A stretch of DNA of 64,000 nucleotides, from the NCBI RefSeq assembly GCF_964355755.1, contig NC_092671.1, positions 12,152,001 to 12,216,000 of the forward strand. The letters are read 5' to 3'. The notes under the pieces are model-generated. The model saw only the letters and a list, made by a program, of their open reading frames with translations, was not told the DNA's origin and searched no databases. Shown piece by piece: positions 13,451-24,000 of this stretch. Origin of the DNA: Antedon mediterranea. Its lineage: Eukaryota; Animalia; Echinodermata. How positions within the stretch are numbered: position 1 is the first letter of the stretch; each line of letters opens with the position of its first letter. The position numbers and the translations under genes were made by a program.

Positions 13451-16112
13451 TGATAATAAATTATAATTGACAAGAACCTACATAAATACAGATATACAAT
13501 GTAAATTGATAATAAATGTGTATATATATATATTAAATATACGTAACACTTGCTTATTATAAATAACATGTTTATGTGTTTGGTACACTGTGTAAGAGTA
13601 TATAACACTACCCGTGTGACTGTCGATCTTACCCGAAAGAGCAGCTTTCGTTAAAAGTGTTTGTATGTGTACACAAACACCGATATACAGTATTGTGCAT
13701 CTTGTTCCCTGCAATCATTAAGAACCAGTAGGCCCTACAGATCACTAAAAAGTTACCCATGCATATATTAACGTAATGTCAATCAGTATTTAATCGTATT
13801 GTTTGAAATCATTCTTTAGTATAGGTCTACGTAGGCCTATCTAAAGAGGTCACGTGTGAAAACCCCTTTTCCAGATATCAACATTCAATTTGTGAAGTGG
13901 CTATATTGACCTGTACCTTTGAATGTTTTAGGTGAATACATAAACAAAAACTTACTTCGAATTCTCCATCACTTTCTGCTGTGTTGTCTGGTTTAGTGGA
14001 GGTAATGCGAAAACACGAATACAACGTATACTAAATAAAGCGGGCCGGATCACAGGATCAAGCCCTAATTTAGTTGACCTATTCAACAAAATTATAGTTA
14101 GGCCCCTACTAAGGCTACGAAAATATGTGAAGATTTAAATCATTCTTTATATAAATACTATGATAAATTGAGATCAAACATACTTAACTTGCTGAGATCG
14201 TGCAATAGTCGGTCAAAGAGATATTTTAATTCATGTGTAGGCCTACTGTAGTCCATCAGACTTTTAAATGACGTACAATTTTGTGACTTAACTTTTTTTT
14301 TATCTATATACCATTTTGATGTTTTTATATTTTAATGAAATGTGTTTTATATAAGTGTTTTAACAAACCGGGCGGTTTAGAATTAATGTTCATTGCCTGA
14401 TGTGTTTATATATATTATAATATATATATATATATATTCCTTTTTACTGAAGACTAAATAAAGTTTAAATTGAATTGAAACTGTAGTAGCCTGTGTTACA
14501 ATTTGTACAAAAAGCACTGGAAATTACATTTTAAGAAGAGGAATGGATGATTCAATATTTATTACTCTTAAAGAAAAACATTTTCCTTTAAAGCAGGAAA
14601 TTATTACGTGCTAATATGCACAATTAAAAGTAATAAAGACTGTGACGTCATCCGGTCCATTCCACCTGTAAAGTGTTTGCAGCAGCACTACGGAAACAAT
14701 CACACAACCTGTGTTTATAACTAGAATATGGATCGATACATGTATGAATAGAGCTTGTATAAGTTTATCACGCAAACCTGCAACGCGTTCACAGTGATGA
14801 TGACCATCATAGAAGAGCATACGACTAGAAACACCAATGACGCTAGGAAATCAACCACGTCTGTTATGTAGCCTTCCACGGATCACATCTACAATATTTT
14901 TACTATAGACAGGTAAGGGTAAACTTACATTATTATAAATAAGTCGAGCACTTAAACTAAGTATGTAAGAATTAAGTTAAGTAAAGAAGCGTAGTAGAGA
15001 TCACTTCAGTGTATTATCGATCTAATAGACAGCCTCTTTTGAAATAGGCTATAGATAATTGGAGTGCAAATCGCCGTTGTACGAGTAAGTAGGTCTTCAT
15101 TAGATATATACATGATCGATTAATGACTGTTAGCCTACACTTTTATAGAAACTACAATATATGAGTGGTATTGGATTTCTCATCAGCATGTCTATCCAAC
15201 ATTCAATTATGGTAACGTCTTACGACAGAAAAAATACGAGGTAACCAAAATTTCCCTCCGATTAAACTATACATATAGAGAGATACAGCACTGAGAATCT
15301 GGTGTGCTTGGTTCAATGGCCAAGTGTTGTGTATAAGAGTGATATGAAATAATATCTGGTTGTATATAAAACGACATTGAAACGTAAATATCACAGTACT
15401 TATTTTTCTTCAAGAGTTTCAATTACACCATGAGATCTTTTACAAGTGAAATAAACAATGTAAAACCCGGAATAATGTAACAAAGAAACCGAGAAATAGA
15501 AGAAACTACAGAAAACATGTTCAATAGAACCACTTTTTGTAAACATGTTTTGGTCCAGTGATTGATAATATATTTTTAATCTAATATATAGGCCTAGAAT
15601 AATTTTTACTCCATAATTTAATTTCTGGGCTGCTATTGTTATATTATTCTTATTCGTGTTTAAATAGCATTATGTCAACTGATGGCTTGAAGAAGGATGT
15701 GTTGGGAATCAACAATACTTGTTAAGTGTTTATTTACCAATGGTCTGTTGTTAAGACCGATTTCAATATGTCCGTGTTTAAACTAATGCCAGCCTCATTC
15801 ATTACATTATTCTTCTGAGACTTTAAACAATGAAATGTAAAATTGTGTTAAACGTGATCTCTCAAAAGCAAAACGAACTTACATTGAATAATTGAACACA
15901 ATCAACCGCACACACGTTTAAAATTGCTAAACGGTGAATACAAATTAGGCCTAAGGTTAAGAGATATACTGTGTAGAGATATAGAAAATAGTTTCTCTAC
16001 TTGAGCCAATTTACACAGACGAGCGGTAACGATAAGCGGAAACCCGCGTGCTTGTCCCACATAGAATATGTATCTATATCCGGAGCGGGTTTTAGCTCAA
16101 CCACCCATCGGA

Positions 16113-17357
16113 TTACAGTACAGTACGCCCCCCCCCTATTTTTTAAAGATTTTTTTTTTTTTTTTTAAATTAAATAGATTTTAAAAACACGTATCATTTT
16201 CATAGTGAAAATAGTACGTCGGAGCACATCGTCAGCTTGATCGCATTTCACCAAGCATGTACGTCGACATCCTTTGTGTACTATCAATCTCTAGCGTAGT
16301 TACCAACGATCATTCACAGTTAAGTGTAAAACTAAAAGGAGCAAGTTGATAAAAGCCACGTGGTGAGCTTGGTCGCGTTTTACTAAGCAGGTCGGCATCC
16401 TTTGTGATCGTCACTCCCGTATTGTAGAGTAGCGGTACGTACCTCCGACGATCAATAGAGTTTATGAAGTCACATGGTCAGTGCTACACTACGCGCCCAT
16501 TTATTAAATACAATAAAAACAAAGGCTAGGACTGTAGTGCCTATGAAAATTATCCCGTTATGCCTATATTTTATTAAAACATACTATTAAAATATTAACA
16601 ATGCTGCATGCAGAATTTCATGACCCTTGTAGTGTTTTATTTGCTTTTCCGTCGATGATTCTCATAAACAAATCGCGATGACAAAAGGGGTGTTTTGTTT
16701 TTTTCAAATCACTAAATATAATGTAATGATGATCGAGCCGGACCGCTAATTTTTAAACGATCGTTTAAACCAGGTCGTTGAATATGCCGTGATTTTAATT
16801 GTCAAAAACATGATCGTCAGTCGATGGCTCGGAGTTTCGATAAATCTCGCGTCGCATGTGTTGCGTGGTGGTGGAAAACACTCTCAGCAAGTTTGCTTCA
16901 TTAATATGTATGAGACTCTGTGACGACCCGCTTTAACGTGACGTCATTTTACTTTAGCTGCATGGATGATGGATGCGAATAAGTAGTCACCGCGATCGAC
17001 CCGGCGCGCGTGTAAGAAAATAATACCGGCCTAGGCTAGGACAAGTTTATGCTTATATAAAAGCTGAAAAACATCGTCGCGTTGTAAACATTTAGATGTA
17101 AAGTACAGGCAAGTTGTTATCTTGCTTTGGTACCCTAGGTAAGTATCAGCTGCATGTTCCACATGTTGTAATTTGCGAGCTTTAGAGTGTTTGGTAAATG
17201 ACATTATGAATTGTTTGTAAATCGTTTTAAACGACTTACAATGCGCTAGAACGCCAAAATTTCCAGGGGCCTTCGCCCCCTGGCCCCCAGCCAATGTTTG
17301 CTCGCTTCGCTCGCAAACCTACGCCCCCCCTATTTATAAATCCTGGATCCGCCCCTG
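16113..17357 (-). mobile_element. Non-autonomous hAT-like DNA transposon remnant
   Basis: Right end reads CAGGGGCGGATCCAGGA on the minus strand, a hAT-type terminus, with GC-rich subterminal GGGGCCTTCGCCCCCTGGCCCC. ACGCCCCCCCTATTT occurs near both ends. Left boundary uncertain. Confidence 0.45.
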
Positions 17358-17656
17358 GGATTAGCTCCGCGTTTTGTGTAAATAGGCATAAGAAATAATT
17401 AACATAGATTCTATATTTTTGTTGTCCGCTAGCCGTTTACCGCTTACCGACCAACACCGACCTCTCTTTTACGAACTGGATCCTTTAATACAGGGGTTAC
17501 AGGGTTATTCTACTGTGCGTTAAACTTGAATTTGATTTTTATAATTATAAATTTTTTCTCTTTCTTTAGTGTTATTCTGCATTTGTTTTAACGATTTTAA
17601 AACTTATATTTTAGACCTGCAAGCTTGATTGAAAGATACGCTTGAGTAATCTTCAT

Positions 17657-18817
17657 ATGATGACTTGGCACACGTCCGATCGACAAAACAGACTACGAAG
17701 TAGAAGTCTACACTGGATATTAGACGAGCAAAGATCTATGGGCAGACAAGCAATGTACTTTAGTAATATGGTCAATAGAAAAGATCGTCTGCTAACTGCA
17801 GAACATTACAACACGAAGCGCGCCATTTCCAGATTCGATGGCAACTGGTCATCTCGACGACAGCGATCCAATACATCACCTGCGCGACTTCAATATAATA
17901 GTTCTCGCTACTCCCAACTATCACTGCCTGCTCCACCTATTATCTTACACGGGCAAGGAATATTTGAAAAAGGACAAGAAGAAACGAATGGACATACACT
18001 TGTTATTTCATCTAAAAGTGTTGATAAGCCTGTAAAAAAATTACCACTCCAATCTTTAGTTCAATACATGAGCAATGTTCGCCATTTCGATCAACAATTA
18101 ATAGTAGCAGCTGAAGCTAAAAAAACACTTCTACCACATATATATGTTGAAAAAAAGCGTCAGCTTACACCGGCAAGAAAGCCGACGAAAGATAAACAAC
18201 TCGAACAAATCAGTAGACACTATCAGAAAATTAGTTATCGAATCGAAGACGAACCAGAATATTTTGTGTTACCAAAATGCAGAGGGTTGACATCTAGGTC
18301 TAACCGTTTGCCGTCTCTCGAGTATCTGTACAATAAAGGAAGAGAGCCTAAATTTAATGCTCCAAAATCGACACCACAAATATCGCGGCAGAATTCTTAC
18401 GAGAATTTATCAGATATGGTATTAACTGTTGACGACGAATGTGCCTCGATACGAGGAAAATTATTTGATCACTCTTTGTCTCATTCATTAACAAAATTAA
18501 AATGCTCTGAATTATTAACACCACATGATGTAAATAATGATAATAAAGCTGTAAAGATTTTAAATCATTCAATTAATATACTGAACTCTGTTAAGAGTCT
18601 TCCAAAAGTTACTTCACAATTGCCAGAAATAGTAATAACCCCACCTGTACATAAAGACCTTGAATGTCAATTTGAAACTTGGCAACAATGGAAGCTTCAA
18701 AAGTTGGTATGCCAACGTGAACTTCGAAGACGGGAACTAGTTCGATTGATAGAAGATATTAAAGAATTTAATGATTTAAATAAAACATTAGCTCAACAGC
18801 TTTTCACCCAAATCTAG
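17657..18817 (+). CDS. Uncharacterised protein of about 386 aa, single coding exon, basic and Ser-rich with a predicted helical C-terminus
   Basis: 1.17-kb stop-free ORF in AT-rich DNA; pyrimidine tract plus AG acceptor at ~17614 just before the first ATG (17657); AATAAA at ~18892 and ~19007; no transposon motifs recognised. Confidence 0.75.
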   Translation: MMTWHTSDRQNRLRSRSLHWILDEQRSMGRQAMYFSNMVNRKDRLLTAEHYNTKRAISRFDGNWSSRRQRSNTSPARLQYNSSRYSQLSLPAPPIILHGQGIFEKGQEETNGHTLVISSKSVDKPVKKLPLQSLVQYMSNVRHFDQQLIVAAEAKKTLLPHIYVEKKRQLTPARKPTKDKQLEQISRHYQKISYRIEDEPEYFVLPKCRGLTSRSNRLPSLEYLYNKGREPKFNAPKSTPQISRQNSYENLSDMVLTVDDECASIRGKLFDHSLSHSLTKLKCSELLTPHDVNNDNKAVKILNHSINILNSVKSLPKVTSQLPEIVITPPVHKDLECQFETWQQWKLQKLVCQRELRRRELVRLIEDIKEFNDLNKTLAQQLFTQI

Positions 18818-19042
18818 GCCTATGTATGTTATAAGTTCTTTGCTTTTCATATGACGCAACGGTTTGATTGAGGGATTCCGATGAATGGGAAAATAAAAAA
18901 TAATGTCGGTTGTAATAACATATAAAAATAATAATAAAACATAAATCATAAAAAATGTACAAACAATAATTTATTAATTTAAAAGAAAAGGGCGGGTATA
19001 AAAACAAATAAAGGTTTGCATGGCGAAATCAAATGTTGATTT

Positions 19043-19196
19043 AAAGTTTGCGGTACACTACGTATGTTAGTTCTGAAAAGGACTGTTGAGTTTCTCGACG
19101 TTTCGATCAATATGCTCATGAGGACGATCAAGCATATTCATCGAAACGTCGAGAAACTCAACAGTTCTTTTCAGAACTAGTGTACCGCAAACTTTA
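19043..19196. mobile_element. Palindromic Penelope-like terminal fragment with a hammerhead-like core
   Basis: Inverted repeat AAAGTTTGCGGTACACTA...TAGTGTACCGCAAACTTT with arms of about 65 bp; related fragments at 36608-36650 and 36811-36832. Confidence 0.6.
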
Positions 19197-19463
19197 TATC
19201 AAGAATAATATTGTAGCTTATGATAATACGCAACACTCAGTTCAAGGCTCGACATTTGAGTTTGATATCAACAATTGGACATTATTTAAAATCATAGAAG
19301 TAGCTGTAATTAGTCCATCAAGGTAAATTGTGACGTAACGACAACATCATGTAATCTCTTTTCAGCACGTATCAAGGAGGAATTAGTATGATCATTTACC
19401 AATAGTATTTAGATAAACATTAACCTTGTATTAATCTGCATATACAAAATGTAATTAGCATAA

Positions 19464-19718
19464 CTATTTAGAAATAGATGATGCTCCTTTCAAAGAGGAA
19501 TGGAAAGAAATAGCCAACTGTGTTCAAACTTGGGAAGAAAGACAACAAACTTGAACAAACATATTGTTAAAAGTAAAGCATACCTATTTAGAAATAGATG
19601 ATGCTCCTTTCAAAGAGAATAGAAAGAAATAGACCAAAATACAATTGAAGTAGCCGACTGTGTTCAAACTTGGGAAGAAAGACAACAAACTTGAACAAAC
19701 ATATTGTTAAAAGTAAAG
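19464..19718. repeat. Direct duplication of about 120 bp
   Basis: CTATTTAGAAATAGATGATGCTCCTTTCAAAGAG at 19464 and 19584, followed by shared sequence. Confidence 0.85.
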
Positions 19719-19846
19719 GCTGGTTTGATAATAAATTGGAATTGGAAGCACGTACAACAAAAACTTGTTAATTGTATTTTGTTCTAAATCAATGTTATAA
19801 TTATGAACATTAATTGCCCGTTTATCTTACATTCTAAAATATAAGA

Positions 19847-20110
19847 CTATTACAGGTAATTTTGGATTTGAGTTTAGTGTCTTGTCTCGTTTTCAAGAGG
19901 GCCTCTCCAAATATGTACTACAGCAACCATTGTACAATATTAGTAAATAAATAGCAATCCGTTATTCAAGACGTGCTATGAGATGAAATAATATTGGGAT
20001 GAAGTAGACAGGGTATAGACCTGGCATTGTTCTAACTACATTAAATCAAATATACGCATTTACTGTATACATTATTTAAATTTAATATATTTAATTATTT
20101 TATAGGCATA
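19847..20110 (+). repeat. Dispersed duplication of about 260 bp (second copy 22216-22490)
   Basis: TTACAGGTAATTTTGGAT...GAGTTTAGTGTCTTGTCTCGTTTTCAAGAGGGCCTCTCC is near-identical at both loci. Confidence 0.85.
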
Positions 20111-21018
20111 CATAATTTTTGCGCAATTTTACTATAAAATGGTCTTAACAAGAAATATTCCTTACAAAAAACGCCGCTTGCTTGTTGACGTAACAATTTA
20201 CCATTTTATTATAATAGTTATTCACGTTAACCAAAAAGTATTTACCTGAAAAAAATACTTACATTGTCTGTCAGACAATGGTTTTTGGTTAAAATTAAAC
20301 AGTTCTTTTTTCTTTTTATAAGTGAAAAATTTCTTTTTGTTACGGAAGTGATTAACTTTTGTATTTTTAAGTACAACAAGAATTAATACTTTGATATGTC
20401 ATAATTGTGCAATTAAAATTGAAAAATAAAAAATACTGAATCTGTATAAAAGATGATGTGCTTATTAAATAATTTAAATGAAAACGATGTCTAAATAATT
20501 TAATAAAGACCACTAAACAGACTCAATTTCTGTCACTTTAGTTTATTTTATTGCTGACAGTATTATAAAATCAGCCTAGATTGACAGTCAAATGGGTCAA
20601 GTGACCCATTGCCTACTTCAAAACTATGTTTACCATTTCTTCAGTTGCAAAGATTTATCGACTAAAGTCAATTATTTTGTAGAGGTTTATAGTAGACCTT
20701 TATGCCAGCATCCATGAACATTCTATAAAAACATAAAGTATTGAAGACCAAACCTATTGGTATTACAATTTCCCGTTTTCTTACATTCTTAAATATTAGA
20801 CTGTTAGAAGGGATTATGTTAGGCACTCGTTTACAAAATTGACCAAGGTAGGTAATTGTAGACGTACTGGTAGCCTATAAAAATTAACCAATTGGAGCAA
20901 CGGCATTTAGCTATCATTGTTATAAAAATCGTACAAGCATAATAGGACAAGAACCGGTAATGAGTATTAAACCAAAATTCGTTTGAATATGTGGATTTAT
21001 TTACAGTGAGTGTACGGA

Positions 21019-24000
21019 ATGGCAAATAATATAGGCCTACATGAATATGGCCAAGATGAAGTGGACTGGCGTAACTGTATATCTGCCATCGAGACAAGTC
21101 GCGGAACAGTTTTATTTTGCACTCGCGAACTCTTATCTTTGCGGCAGGATCTTCAAGTTGTCGGTCACTTTGGTCAGAGTGGACAGTTGATGCGTGGCGT
21201 TGTAATGTATTCAATAACAGCATACAATCCTATGAATAAAATAATTGAAGTTGTCGAAAATGTTAGACGTAACAAATTTTTAATGGAGGATTTACACGCC
21301 AAACTTCCGGGTTGTGAGATTTTAAACAATTATTCATTTTTTCCAAACTGTCCGAAACATTTTGAGAGAGGATTCACGATCGTGTTTCCCCTGGATTATC
21401 CAGTTAGTGACCATGATGGAATTGTCTGTGGGTTGGCGGTCAAGTACCATCAAGCCGCCTACTTTCGCAGTGTGATACACAATAATGGGGATGTTGAACA
21501 GAAATTGATATTAATGATTGATAATAAACCAAAAGAAGTGGATGAAGAACTGATGGTCATTGAGAGAATCAACTACCACCCTGCGTTTATGCACCATACA
21601 AACCATTCCGTGTTTCATGATTATAGAATTGCTCTCGACGTCTTGTCCCGTGTAAGTCGGTTATACATTATTAGAATATACAATATAATAATTGACAGTT
21701 CGAGTAGACCCACGTCTTCTCTGCCATTATTTAATTGTATGATAACGTTTATTCGTAGACAGATATAACCAAAGGTCGTTGTCACAAGTAACATCAATGA
21801 TATATGTAATGAGATTATAAATACACTGTTAATGTAGGCCTAATTATATATACAGGGTTGAAAAAACCCTCTTTTGATTTCAATGTATTTAGAAAAATAG
21901 TCGGGATGGATTTGTTAGGGTTTTGTTTGTTGGCGTACACAATTACATGCCGTTTTAGGCCTAGAATACACTATTATTACACAAATTGTGACAATTACGT
22001 ATACTATTTGTATAGCCTCATTGACAACATTGTTGAATTACCAGATTCATAAAGGCACCAAATAACTAATAAAATGCAGTATACAAAGTGTTGGCCTATT
22101 TTTCAGACAACTAAGCCTAACAATATTGTTTAAATACTTTAACCATGACATACTTGATTTTAAGTACAAATTTAAAATGCAAGTAAAAAGTTAAATAGAC
22201 ATAGAAAATTACAATTATTACAGGTAATTTTGGATACAAAATGGATTTGAGTTTAGTGTCTTGTCTCGTTTTCAAGAGGGCCTCTCCAAATCTGAAGTAC
22301 AGCAACCATTGTACAATATTAGCAAATAAATAGCAATCCGTTATTCAAGGCGTGTATGAGATGAAATAATATTAGGATGAAATAGACAGGGTTTTGCTCC
22401 TGGCATTGTTCTAACTGCACTAAATCAAATATACGCCTTTACTGTATATAATCTATAAATTAAATATATTTAGACATTATTGTATAGGTCTAACAATCAA
22501 TACATTTGTAATGTTTCAGTGGCAATCAAATTGCACCGCAGTGGATGAGTTGATCTCAATCGTTTCATCTCTTGACGAAAATGAAGCGGTAGTTAACAAC
22601 AATCTCTATCCTATTATTGCGATAGAAGGCCCAAAATTAAAAGGTAGATGCGATTTCTTCATCTTTGACTACGTTCCTTATTATGGTTCAAAATATTGCA
22701 CACCGGGTATCAATGATCATACTTGATATTATGACTATTTCCAACATTCATTTCTTGCCACGAGTCTAAATAATATATTTAAAATATTTAGCAAACAATA
22801 TCAGTTTGTATATACTTGTACACCATCATGCGTTCAAATGGTTTCTAATATCACAACGTTTAAGTATAGCAGACTTCATAAGAATTATTATGGAAACAAC
22901 CTAATGTACTAATTTTTGTTCTGAAGCGTGGTTACCACTAGCGACGCAACGCAAGGACGTAACGCAACGCAAGTGAATTGACCAATCACAAGCGATGGCT
23001 TATTCGCTTGTGATTGCTAACTGTCTATAACTTCGCTTGTCATTGGTTAAAACGCTTGCGTTGCGTTTACGTCCTTGCGTTACGTTCTAGTGGGAACCAA
23101 GCTTTAATGCGTTACATCTATAGGAATATGCCTAGGTACAGTGTGCAGGCAGTTAAGTTCTTCATTAGGGACAGTGTATTTGAATTCGATTCCTGTTTGT
23201 CTACAACACCTTAAAAAATCGTTCGACGCCCAACCTCAGTTTATTCGTGGTGCAATCTATGCGGTCAGTAATTACATATTGGGGCTGGAGCTTTCTACAA
23301 ACGCAAAGAATTCACCTGTTTTTATAGATAGGTATGTCATTATTTAATTGTGATTTTATGAATTTGACAAATGGAGAATATTGGCTATATACCTATTCTG
23401 GGAGGCTGAGTTTACAGGGCCTAATATACTATATTAACCTACGTACTAATCAACAATTTCAGTTTCAAGTTTCAATTTATTTTTTTCCAAATTGCATATT
23501 TATAAGATAATTTGATATAACTGTTTAGGCAAAGCAAAAAATGGAGGGAAAAAACAAAAGAGCAAAGCTCGTTTTTTAGACAATGTAAAATTAACTAGTA
23601 GGTAACAACTTAATTTCTGCTACGTTGTTAAAATTAAAATGCTACGTTAGTGGTCGATTTCTTTTTATACGTTATTGGTTAACATGACATTAGTGTTTGA
23701 TTATCGATCGTTACATTATATTATTATTATTATTATTATTATTAGTGAGCGATATATGAATAAAGGAATAGTGACGGAACAGGAGAAAACGTCAAATATT
23801 GAAATATAAAATGATATTGTTGTACTTTACTCACTGTAAGAAATCATAGGATTGTTGTCTTACTGTGAACTTAGTTTACAAGGTTACTCTTTAAATTTCT
23901 TTTTGAACAATAACAAAACGATGATACGCTAGCTGGCAATCCTAATCTATTATAATGCTTTCTAAATTATACTTAAACTCTACAACAATGAATAGGATTG

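Noticed and set aside
19230-19720. Possible L1/Tx1 RT remnant (NWKEIANCVQTWEER)
   Set aside because: Too degenerate to support without a search.
21652-21768. C-terminal part of ORF 21010-21768 as a standalone 252-aa protein
   Set aside because: Paralogue similarity ends exactly at a GTAAGT donor (21652); the remainder is intron read-through.
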